From assembly GCF_000315625.1 (NCBI RefSeq), contig NW_005434540.1:1-64000 (forward strand): DNA of 64,000 bases, written 5' to 3'. This DNA is from Guillardia theta CCMP2712. Taxonomy: Eukaryota > Protista > Cryptophyta. Below the pieces are notes generated by a model. That model made no database searches, had not been told where the DNA came from, and worked only from the letters and a program-made list of their open reading frames with translations. A program made the translations under genes and the position numbers. Position 1 is the first letter of the stretch. Each line of letters opens with the position of its first letter. Shown here one piece after another: positions 42,001 to 53,105 of this stretch.

Positions 42001-45000
42001 TCCCAGTGCCTTATTTCGTCGTTGTCGAGACTTTGTTGTCCATTTCATCATTTTATCCCAGTGCTGCATTTGTTGGAAATGGGGCGATGGTCACCATTGT
42101 AGGAGAGAAATTCGATTTGTTGAAAAACTTAGTCTGTCAATACGGTGACTTCAAAACTTTGCCAAAGTTTAAGTCTAATGATACTTTGCTCTGTCCAACA
42201 ATTGATATTCATGTCGCTGGAACGAGTATTTTTTCGTTGTGTGATTCGTCAACTTGCTTCCTTGAGAAAGAATTTCTATTCCTGCAAAAGCCTGTCGTTG
42301 AGTTAGTAGATTCTGCTTCACATTGTTCCACACATCAGAAATTTCACGTCAATGCACAGCAGTTTTCTGCATTGGAACACTGTAGACTTGTGACCTTGAA
42401 TGGAATAGAGAACGCTTATCAATACGAGAGAGGCAATTCAAGCTTAATTTGTTATTTCTACCCAAAAAACATTAGTGGTACTTTCTCCTTCGAAATAACT
42501 GTCCATAATTTGACGTTATTTGCAATGCAATTTGATTGCAAAGATCAAGATTCCGCGACACCCTTAATTGAGAATGTGCTTCCAGCTACAATTGTACGCG
42601 CTTTGCATACAAGTATCACAGTATTTGGAAAAAATTTCGATGTGTCAAAATCGTTTGTATGCAACTTGGGATCGGAGAAGTCTCATGGGATGTATCTTGG
42701 AGAGGACAAACTTGTATGTGACATCTCTTCTATTTTACCTGGCAACTTTAGCTTTGAATTGGAGTTTGAAAGTGGATTGCGCAGCCAATATGAGAGAGCT
42801 ATTTCAATAGTTCCTGACGTTAATATAAAACTTGTACCCTCATTTGCGAGCATCTTAGGTGGAGTTATTGTGAAAGTGGATTCACTGTCACCTTTCTGTC
42901 ATGGCGTCGGAGGAATCAATGTGTTCCCTTGGAATGACAAAACATCATCATACAGGTTCCCTGTGCAAAGAAAGTTACAAAACAGAACTCTAATCGAACC
43001 ATTATTTATTTTTCCTCCGGTTCCAACTGCTGGACTATACAAAGTCGAAAGTTTTGATAAGCATTGCACTGGTTGGTTCGAATACACAAATATTTCGATT
43101 ATTCAACGGATTTCGCCAACTAGGACTTTGACGCAGGGTGGCCAAATGCTAACAGTCTACGGGAGTAGCTTGAACATAAGTTGTCAAACTTGCTTCTTTG
43201 GATCAATCAGCACCAGAATGAATGTCATAAAAGATACTCTAGCATTGTGTCAAATTCCTCCACAAAGTGAAGGTCGAAGAGACTTTACAACAGATTGTTC
43301 AACAGACGTTTTGAAAGTTGAATATTCAACGACACCAAGGATATTCAAGCTCAGCCCTTCTGTATCGACGATTGGTCGAAACAGAACAACTGTCATCACT
43401 ATCTATGGAGCGGACTTTAATTTCGAAAATCTTTGTTGTCGTATGAGATTTATTGATACACCTGCACTGCTTTTGACTTCTTCCATGTACCAGTGTGAAT
43501 TGTACAATGTCAATGAGGGCAATAGCACTATAGAAGTTTTGTATGAAGCCAACACTCCGATCGTCGAATTTACACAGGAATTTGTCTTTCCCTCCTATAT
43601 CGATCTTATAATTTCCCCAAGTATGGCTATAGCACATTCTCCTTTCAATTTGCAATTTTCAGGTAATGGTACTGTCAATCTAAGTACGTGCTACTGTAAA
43701 TTGTCCAGTGACTATGTATTGCCGTGCACGTACATCAGCGCGACTGGAGGATATTGCGCAGTTCCGGGCTTGTCTGAAGGTCAACATTTGATCGAGATCT
43801 ATTTGGACAATTACGAATGGCCGGTCCTTCACAAAGTCACTGTAAGGGTCATGCCAATCATCGCCAGCTTTGAACCGACTTGTGGTCCCTCAAATGATTT
43901 CATTTCTATATCCATCTATGGGGAATATTTCAGCAAAGAGGGAATGAAGTGCCGGTTTGGAGACGCAGTCGTGACAGCAAAAGTTCTCTCTGAAAACTTG
44001 TTGTATTGTTTCAGACCCCCGGTGACGAAGGGATACGAGACCTTTTCAGTTATGACAATGACAGGCATTGTATCTAACCAGAAAACCTTGAAAACTGTGG
44101 AGATTCCAATCATCTCAACAATTCAACCCACTGCAACTTATACAGATTGCAAAACCAGAATTACGATAATTGGAAAAAACTTTGAAGATGGAGATGCTTT
44201 GTCATGCAAAATTTCCCAATATCAACTCCCTAATACGGTTTTCATGTCAAGCTCCACAGTATTGTGCTACTTGCCAAGGCTAAGAATTCAGAATGTAACG
44301 ATTCATGCCACGAATGACTTGTTTCATTGGTCAAAGGGAATGTTGTTTCAGGTATTGCCAAGCCCGCGAATATTATTGGCCAAGCCAAGCTTGTCATCAC
44401 TGACTGGCCAAATCAAAGTACAGGTGATAGTGAGGAACTTACAGGCACTCGACAATATCAATTGTAGATTCGAGGACACGCTATCTGCTGCAACCGTGAT
44501 GTCGAACTCAATGTTGACATGCCTGGCACCGCCTTCATCCCATGAAAAAGTGGTTCAACTCTTTCTGTATATGGATGGAAGTTCCTGGAATTCGAGTATA
44601 CCGTTCGCATACGCTTCAAGTGAACCTATCTTTGATGTGGCTCCTACAGTGATAGGGTCATCCGGAGGCACAAGGGTCTACATCAAAGCTAAGATGGAAT
44701 TGATGGTCAACTCAGACTGCTTCTGTGTCTTTGGGAACATGACTACTCCAGTTGTTTTCAGTGAGGGCTCTTCATTCTGTGTTACTCCTTCCTTAAATAC
44801 AGAGGGTTCCATAAGAACTCTAGTGTCTTGTAACAATGGATTCCCCGAACACGTAGCCTATCTGCAAGCATTGCCAACCATAAACATCCTCTCCATCAGC
44901 CCAACTATTGCATACATGAATGCTGGAAGCAATGTTATAATTGCTGGACAAGGATTTAGACAGGTAGACTCTTTGTACTGTAAGTTTGGAGAATCCCAAA

Positions 45001-48000
45001 GAATTGATGCTTTGTTCCTGAGCACGACTAGCATTTTATGCTTTACTGGCATTCCAATCGAACCAGGCATTGTGACACTTTTTATTTCGAACAATGGTTT
45101 TGATTGGTCCAGCTCTCCGAATACTGTCGAGTTTGTTCCAATAGTCAGGAACTATCATGTTTATCCCACGATTGGAACCTTGGGGGGAGGAACTCCTGTA
45201 TATATCAACAGCACTAATGAAGAAATTCATGCAAAGTTCTGTTACTTTGGAAGGGTACCAGTACAATCAATCGCAATCAGCTCAACATCGATCCTTTGCA
45301 CATCCCCAGCGTCTGTGGAAGGAATATTGTCGCTGTCGTATTCTCTAGGTCTTGAACTGGAGGCCACGAACGCCTCCCTGTTTGAGTACGCAACTGTACC
45401 AATCATCCACTCCATAAGCCCATCCAGCGGAAGGATTGAAGGTGGTAATCAAGTAACCGTGTTCGGAGATTCTCTTGGGTTGGGTCGCGACTTGATCTGT
45501 CGCTTTGGGCACGTCACAGCACGAGCAACGATTCTTGACTCGCGATTCATGACTTGTCGTGCCCCGATCGCCTTCGACTCACAAGCACACTTTGTACAAA
45601 TGCAAATTTCATTCAATGGAGTGGATTACAGCAATACATTAGAATATCTATACCAGAATTTCATCATCTTAGATATTTTTCCTATGTCTGGTCCTTTGAA
45701 GGGGGGGACTGTGATTAGGCTTGTGTTTGCCACAGACGTAGTCTCTTCTGATTCAAAGTGCATCTTTGGGAATGCTGTAACGGGCATGAAGATTGATTCG
45801 GCACGATCTGGTCATTGTGTAACGCCAAAGAGTGATATGCCGGGGTTGGTAGAAATAAAACTTTCTGGGAATCTACAAGACTTCTTCTCTGCTGGCGCTC
45901 TCTTTGAATTCCAGAAATCTATTGAGATAATTTCAATCTTTCCAACTTTTGCAAGACAAAGTGGAAACTCAAGAATCCATGTGATGGGCGTCAACTTTGT
46001 TCAAGGTTTCATGCTGTCATGCAAGTTTGGAACTGTAGAAACCATCACTAGAGTTTTCCTGACATCGACAGAAATGATCTGCATTACCCCACCGTATCCT
46101 GTTAGGTCTGAAAAAGGTACCCATGTCACTTCAATCCAAATTTCAAACAATGGACTTGATTACGAAGGACGTGCACTGTTCGAGTTCGTGAATGATCTAC
46201 AAATTTTCGCAGCCATTCCCAGCCATGGCCTACAACAAGGCGGCACAAGTATCACCGTTGAGGGCACCGAATTTAGAGATGTGCCAACCCTTTCGTGCCA
46301 GATTGGAATGGAGAGCACAAAGGCTTATTTCATAGACAGGAATAGGATAAGTTGTTTCACACCATATTCAATCACCATGGGAACTTTTTCCCTCTCTGTT
46401 TCCAACAATGGGATTGACCACAGCAGCAGTGAAATTCAATTCACGTACTTCAAATCAGTCAGTATAGTAGGACTCAGTCCTTCGACGGCTGCGAACTCAA
46501 TTCAGACCACAACATACGTGTCGATAGACCCAAATCAAGGCAACGAGAAACCGTTTCCTCTCAAATGTGTTTTCGGAGATATGAGCTACACCGTGAATGC
46601 GGTCAGCTTGACTTCAAGTCTGCTGCGCTGCGCAGTCCCATTACACCCGCTAGGAATAACGAGATTCTTTCTTACTCGGAATGATCAAGATCTGGAAGGT
46701 GAAAATGTTTTCTTCGAATTTCTGGAAGAAACGTTTCTATTTGCCATCTATCCCAACAGCGGCCTTACATTCGGGGGAGATCTGATTTTTGCTCAGGGAC
46801 AAGGCTTTCGAAACACCTCAACTTTGGAATGTCAGTTTGGAGCTGTCAGGACCAAGGCTACTTTTGTGACCGAGCAGTTACTCATTTGTTACAGTCCCTT
46901 CCAATCTCCAGGCTCAGTCCCTTTTGAGGTTTTGCTTTCGGAAGCACAGATTACAAACAGCAGGATGCTGTTCACATACACCGTGTGCCCAAAAGGTTCA
47001 TACTGCCCTGAAAATGAAATATTGCCATGTCCTCAAGGAGCATACTGTCCGGAAGAAGGAAGCCGCAACTATACGCTCTGTCCAGTTGGCACCTATCAAC
47101 CGGATGCTGGGAAGGTTCAGTGTAATCCCTGCACGCTTGGAAGATTTTGCCCAGAATCCGGTCTCATTGAAGAGGGCGTAAAATGCATCTCGGGCTACAT
47201 CTGTGATACACCTGGCTTGCGCATTCCAGTGAAACCATGTCCGCCGGGATATTTTTGTTTGGAAGGAACTCTGACGGCAAATCTGACAAGTGCTGCAACC
47301 GTTTATCGACCTCGGCCTTGCCCAGCTGGATTCTACTGCACCTTTGGTGTAAAAACACCAATATCAGAATTGATGAACTTCTCAACTCCGCAGCCATGCT
47401 ACCCGGGTTACTACTGCAATGCTGGATCAGAGGGTCCGCATGGCCAGGGCCCTTGTCCCAGCGGCTTTCATTGCCCTCAATATTCACCGGGGCTGATTCA
47501 GAATTGTCCTCCAGGGACTTTCTGCCAGGGGGTTGGAAACGTCTCACCAAAGGACTGCCTTCCTGGGACTTGGAACAACCTGTTCGGCCAAAGCACTTGC
47601 ACGCCATGCCCGATAGGATCTCTTTGCCCGGACGCCTCCATGACTTCTCCACTTGTCTGTCCAGCAGGCTACGTATGTGATGTTGAAGGAATGGCCATTT
47701 GGTCGAAGCAGTGTCCGCCTGGATATTATTGTAACGAGGGAACGACGACATCCAACGCCAGTTCAGATATACCGACAAGACCGATCAAATGTTCTCCTGG
47801 AACTTACTGCCTCAGTGGCGTATCAACCAACAAGACTGTGATTGGCAACTTGAACACTCCTCAGCCCTGTGCCGAGGGAACATACTGCGAGGATGCCACG
47901 TCTTCGCCAAGAGGGACGGCTGCCTGTCCACCAGGAACCTTCTGTCCAGCTGCATCTTCGTCACCTACTCCGGCAAGACGCGGTAATCAACTGAAACTTT

Positions 48001-51000
48001 GATTCACTTGTTGATGACTTCCTTACTCAGGTCATTATTCTATGCGTGCTGGAATGGTGAGTGCTTGCTTTGACCTCATACACTTGCTTTTTGAGTCTTC
48101 ATACGATTTCATGTTTTGACCCTTTGAATTGTTGAGTCCTCATATGAATGCTTACATTGATACCTCAACGAACGGATGGTGCTGACGGTTTTGCAGGTCA
48201 ACGATGTCTCTTGCCTTCCAGGAACATACAGCGCGAATGTTGGATCCGTCAATTGTTTACTCTGCCCTGCCGGTTACTCATGTGAAACTGATGGGGTGGA
48301 GATACCAGCTCCCTGTCCCTCGGGGCTCTACAGGACCAGTGATTCACAGATTGCATGTTTTTCATGCGCACAAGGAAAATGGTCCCGGCAATCCACCGTC
48401 CCTAGCGGAGATCTGTGTGAGCCGTGCCCAGCAGGAGTAGTTTGCCCGGTGGATGGAATGTCCTCCCTGCGGCTCGCCTCACCATGCCCTGAGGGCTACG
48501 TTTGCGGAGCAGGAACCAATTCCAGCAATCAGTTTGAACAACTCTGCCCTGCCGGCTATTATTGCGACTTTGGTACTACCCCTTCCACTCAATTCAATCT
48601 TCTCTGTGAAGAAGGATTTGGTTGTCCAGCAGGAACAGGATACACTCAAAGGAAAAGATATAGATGTGATGTAGGCTATTATTGCCCCAAAGGCAGCATT
48701 TCTTCCCAACCACAATCTACTCAATGTCCAGTTGGTACCACGTCAGCTCCGCTTGCTACAACAGTATATGATTGCTTCAAAGATCCCAATGGAGTATCAA
48801 GAATTTGCTATGTGTCTCCATATTATGACGACCTCTTTGATGAATGCCTTCTCAGCTACAAGTGCTCCAAGACAGTGAAGGGCCTGACTGATTACTTGCT
48901 ATGCGTGCAACAGGGGCTGCAAGACGCAAACTATGTCTTTGCTGACTTGTTGCAGAATGAGTATGCAGTCAATACCAATTTCTACAAAGGACAGGCAATG
49001 ACGGTAGTCAAAGCGTCATTCGATTGGAGATATTTGCCTATCGATATGCAATACGGCGAGCATTATCAACTTGTTATGCACATCTTTAATCAAACGACTG
49101 GAATGAAACTACAAGAAGTTCGACCTGGATATACTGGAACTTGGTTTGGCAACAGCGCAGTCGACAAACATGGGATAATGTCGTTTCATGTTTTGTGTCT
49201 CCGGGATACTTATATAAGGTTTGATATCGAAATTCTTCATGGACTCTACATCGAAAACAAGAATTACACTTCTTTCCGAGATACAGCAAAGTTCGAGGCC
49301 CTTGTCCCCAGCCGAGCTTCATTGAATTCGAATGTGCCAGAACAATTCTACATCCTGCTTGCACGGAGCAACACGATTGCTCCACCTCTCAACGTGGTTC
49401 CACCCACCGTCCAGGTTACCAATAGCAAAGATGCTAGAGGAAATGAGGTGGTGTCAGTTCGCTTCGTGAATGAGATGCAGCCTCTGGTTGATTTTGCTGG
49501 AGACAACAAAAGTATACCCCTCATCCCTCAGCAGTTCTCCGATACAGGAACTGTCGCCGGTGCATATCTAGGAGCAAACATTATCTGGCCGTCAACGAAC
49601 AACGTTGATTTGACACATTATTTGCTGCCGTTTCTCCCTTACTTCAGCAGCTGCAGAGGGTTCGACTCTCACATCCCTCTCTTCTTGTTGTTGGAGTCTT
49701 ACGACCAATGCAATCTGATCCCATACAACCAGACAAAATGGGTGAACCAGTGGGATCCCTTCGGGGCTCCGAGCCCCATTGATATTGAGTCTTCTATGGA
49801 CAGTTGTCAATGGAGCATTCAGTGCGCGTATGAGGAAGAGATAGACAAAGTGTCGACAGTCGAGAGATGGTTCGAGCAGAAAGTAGGAGAGCAGCTGTTC
49901 TTCATCAGCAGGGATCCCTATCCTTACTCGAGATACTCTGCCGCTTATGCGGGCGACAAGATGCAAGAGGGGCTGAACTTCTTTGTGAACATGGAGAGCT
50001 CTTCAAAGATGGTACCGGTTACAGTCGAGCCCGGGTCGTTCATTGTGAGCGATAAAGAGAAGCTTAGTGGAGTGCCGAGGTCTGTGAACCTTCAAATCAA
50101 CTATTATCAAAGATCCAAGAGCGAGAAGCGAATAATCTCTGCCACCATCTCTTTTGATGATTACACTGCAAAAGTCCAGAATAATACCGTGGTGCGCGAC
50201 TACAGTCTGAATGTTGACTACAGGGGCTTGGACTACCTGAGCTTGTTGAACGGATTTTCGTTTGATCCAGAAGTTTACATAGTCTTGTTCCTGCTCGTTG
50301 GAATTGCTTGTTTGATATTTTTTATGGTGTTCTGGGCATTCCAAAGGATTTTTACAAGGTTGAGCAATCCGCCACGACTGCACCTCACGCAGTATTTGTC
50401 GAACATCCTATTGCCAATCTGGGGATTGTTTGCTGGGCTGTTCCCCGTCCTGGTAGTCTTTGGCTTCATTCACGGCCTGTTTCGTTCACTCGCTTACCCG
50501 GTGTTCGGCAACATCAACGAGTTGTACACCAACTTCGGGACCGGAAGCAAGTGGTCGGAGAGCTCCAGAACAAGTGTCGCCTCCCTGCTGGGTATTACAG
50601 CCAGCCAACAAGTCGAGCAAGGAAGGCTGGGCGTGGCGCTCATGACCCTGGGCGTGTACCTCAGTGTCGTCACAGCATTTGCCTTCGTGCCGGGGAAAGA
50701 AGACGCCAAGTCTATGTTCTTGTATGACCCGAAGAGCCTTGACGACAAGAATACTGACGGCCTATGGAAGCGAAAGGTGAACAGGTGGTACCGAACTCAG
50801 TTCATCTTCTCAGTCATCATCTCGGTATTGGTGAATACGGTGGTGCTGGAATACTCCTTCTCTGACTTCTTCAAGGCTCACCTCTACGAGTCTCTCCTTG
50901 CCATGCCCGTGTTCTTCATATTCTTCCAGAACTTCTTGAATAACATCCTCGGAGACCTTCTGCTTGTTCAGCCCATGGCAGTTGCGTATCACCTGATAGA

Positions 51001-52997
51001 GATCATATCAACCCTCGGGGCTGCTACATTCCTTGACTTCATGCAAGTTTTCATCTTCCAGTTGTTGTACAAAGTGTGTCTGAGAATCTACATCTATCCT
51101 GGAATACAGAACGCCAAGGAGTTGATCAACTATCTCGCTTCTGTGATGAAACGCTATCAAGAGAAGCGAGATCGTGAGGACGATCTGGAGGAGGGAGACG
51201 AAGATTTTGAGGACGAGCTCTTCAACGAAGTTGAGTTCGAGACCTTCTCTCCAGCTGAAAACATCATTATGATGCTGTCCAATTACTCCGCAGAGCTCGT
51301 GGTCCTGCTGTTCTACCCCTTCATCATTCTCTTCTTATGGTGGGCAGATGGAGTCGGCCTGCAGGCAGGATCTCATTATGGTCTTCGTACCACAGACTTT
51401 GTGTTCTACGTCCTCTTCTCCATCTTCGTGATTCCCTTCCGCCTCTTCATAGATACTCTGGTCCTCTCATCCAATGAGTTGTTTCACGGCTGGAAGATCC
51501 TCGACTACATGAAGTATTGCCGTCACAGATTCTTGCGACGCTCCCAGCGATGGAGAAGTTACGAGAGGAGCGAGGATGCGAGCATACATGAGTCGCTGCA
51601 GAACCTAGATCTGAACTGCTTCTCATCGCAATATTACTTTACCATAGGCATGGGCGCCATGGGGTCCTTGCTGATCATGTTCAGCCTGGAGATCATATCT
51701 CGGAACTATCACAATCCCTTCGGAGACAAGATGACGACCTTCGTGGTCCTCATTGTGCTGTGTATGATTTGGGTACGTCTTGAATGTTCGTGTCTTGGAA
51801 GTTTCTGACGTTTGTGTCATCAGATCGTGCAGTACTTCTGCAAGAGGTTCGGCGTGAGATTCCTCTGGAAGGTCAAGCCCCCTGTGGACGAGTACCCGAT
51901 CAAAGAGATGCCACCCAAGGAGCTCACCCTCCCTGACCTGAGCAAGCCAGCTGCGAAAGATGCCGACATCACGTCCGAATCCTTCAAGCACAAGTTCCTC
52001 AACGCCAACCGATCCTGGCTGATAGAACAGCTCCGTGGCAGCCTGCCTGAAGGTGGTGGGTACGGAGATGGACAGAGCGAAGGCAGTGGGGCTGGAGGGC
52101 AAGGACAAGACCAAGGTAGAGATCGGGAGTATGACGTCAGCAGCGATGAGGGATCGAGCGAGTCTGACGACGGCCCACCAGCTACACTCGACGATGCGGC
52201 AAAGGTAATGGAAGCTGACATGCAATGCCTGACCCTGATGTCTGTCTGCCTTGTAGGCGGTCGTGCGAGCCTGGGTCGCAAGGACTCGATCGCAGCTGGG
52301 CTTACCCGAGAAAGGAATCTCGAGACCAGACATCTCATCTGACTCCGATCAGAGCTCAACAGACGACGACGAGGGGCAGCAGAAGCCCATCTCCAACTCC
52401 ACCAAGAGTGAGTGTTGCCTCCTCCTCACTCCCCTGCCCTCTCCTTCTGCCTCCTCTCCTCCTCAGCATCCACCTCTCTCTTCGAGCTCACGTGCTGCTT
52501 TAGACATCGCCAGGCGCTGGCTTGCTCAGATCCGCGCGGAGCAAGCAGCAAGAGGAGAGCAGCAGGGCGAGGGCCGGCTAGACATCAGCAGCGACGAATC
52601 TAGTTCGGAAGACGACAACGACAGGCCGAGAGCTGCTCCTTCCACGCAGACGCAGGTCATTGCGAGGCTGTGGCTGAGCAACCTGCGCGGAAGAAGTGGC
52701 ACCCAACCGCGACGAGCGCCAGTCGAGGACATCTCGAGCGAGGACTCGAGCTCGGAGGACGACCGTAGGGAGAACATGTTTCAAGTCAACGCCGTGACCG
52801 CGCGCATCGCTCGCATGTGGCTCAACTCGCTGCCGAGGGCCCAGCAGGGGCGTCAACGAGGGTTTGACGTCAGTGACGACGACTCGTCCAGCAGCGATGG
52901 GGAACCTGCGCGGGCTCGCGGAGTCGCCAACATCCCGCAGGCTCTGCCTCAGCCCTCTCGACGCATCTTACAGCTGTGGCTCCAGCAGATCCGATAG
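1..52997 (+). CDS. Giant multi-pass surface receptor (>=~17,500 aa, 5' end outside window): IPT/TIG array + GCC2_GCC3 Cys repeats + multi-TM domain + repeat tail; CRMP-like architecture
   Basis: Frame 1 is open from base 1. ORFs 67-810, 644-9472, 9420-20915, 20849-22624 and 22320-48002 all encode the same IPT-type repeats and are separated only by N-gaps or 1-2 nt indels (~9406-9425, ~20700). Splicing 47983-48030, 48057-48196, 51773-51823, 52205-52256 and 52408-52503 joins them in frame to ORFs 48176-51808, 51812-52342 and 52263-52997 (e.g. PTPARRG-HYSMRAGM-VNDVSCLPG). Stop TAG at 52995-52997. Confidence 0.8.
681..780. other. Assembly gap (100 N)
   Basis: Run of N. Confidence 1.
3689..3917. 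other. Assembly gap inside the first cassette A copy
   Basis: Run of N flanked by repeat cassettes, so it may hide collapsed copies. Confidence 1.
3938..9406 (+). repeat. Cassette C (~0.5 kb, SRDGTVTFLL...TAHGKNM), 2 copies; C-A-B forms a 4,972-bp-period duplication
   Basis: Copies at 3938-4432 and 8910-9406; the offset is 4972 throughout C, A and B. Confidence 0.9.
22324..22521. other. Assembly gap between cassette A and J
   Basis: Run of N. The equivalent sequence is visible in the next copy (~24580-24779). Confidence 1.
22522..25331 (+). repeat. AT-rich cassette J (FAFRRIFQSDF...KTLLCQ), 2 copies; J-A forms a 2,259-bp-period duplication
   Basis: Copies at 22522-23072 and ~24780-25331. 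Confidence 0.9.
46986..48780 (+). other. GCC2_GCC3 / ephrin-receptor-like cysteine-repeat region
   Basis: Repeated C-P-x-G-x-(Y/F)-C units (CPKGSYCP, CPQGAYCP, CPPGYFC, CPAGFYC, CPSGFHCP, CPPGTFC, CPAGYVC, CPAGYYC, CDVGYYCP) continue across two introns. Confidence 0.9.
47983..48196 (+). other. Two introns (47983-48030, 48 bp; 48057-48196, 140 bp) flanking a 26-bp micro-exon (48031-48056)
   Basis: GTAATC...CTCAG and GTGAGT...CTGAC...TTGCAG. Splicing restores a regular Cys-repeat unit and links the 8560-aa and 1210-aa ORFs. Confidence 0.85.
50273..51850 (+). other. Multi-pass transmembrane region (~10-11 hydrophobic segments)
   Basis: Hydrophobic stretches include VYIVLFLLVGIACLIFFMVFWAF, LLPIWGLFAGLFPVLVVFGFI, LGVALMTLGVYLSVVTAFAFV, FIFSVIISVLVNTVVL, LVVLLFYPFIILFLWWA, FVFYVLFSIFVIPFRLFI, YYFTIGMGAMGSLLIMFSL and TFVVLIVLCMIWIVQYF. 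Confidence 0.85.
51773..52503 (+). other. Three introns in the 3' part of the giant gene: 51773-51823, 52205-52256, 52408-52503
   Basis: GTACGT...CATCAG, GTAATG...TTGTAG and GTGAGT...TTTAG. Phases are compatible with the downstream ORF frames. Confidence 0.8.
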
Positions 52998-53015
52998 TAC
53001 CAACAACTTTCACTC

Positions 53016-53021
53016 AATAAA
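53016..53021 (+). promoter_or_regulatory. Putative polyadenylation signal of the giant gene
   Basis: AATAAA 19 nt after the stop codon, within the ~108-bp gap to the convergent neighbouring gene. Confidence 0.4.
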
Positions 53022-53105
53022 TATCAATAATTGCTCTAGACGTCTTTACTTTCCGCCCCCCTTCCCATGTCTCCCGAGCTGCTCCCTGCCAGCTAGGCAG
53101 CTGCT

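Larger units (their letters stand above)
1..46985 (+). other. Tandem IPT/TIG (Ig-like plexin/fibrocystin-type) domain array, ~90-100 aa units, roughly 150-170 domains
   Basis: Recurrent signature P-x-x-G-(P)-x-x-GG-T-x-V-T-V-x-G ... CxFG ... SS-x(3-4)-C-x-x-P ... GN(V/L/A/F)(T/S) ... SNNG-x-D(F/Y) ... F-x-Y. Conserved N-glycosylation sequons and paired Cys suggest an extracellular location. The domain count is estimated from length. Confidence 0.9.

Noticed and set aside
644-48002. Treating the 2942-, 3831-, 591- and 8560-aa ORFs as separate genes
   Set aside because: Their ends coincide with N-gaps or 1-2 nt indels in mid-domain, with no signal peptides or intergenic sequence. The listed starts are non-ATG codons inside domains.
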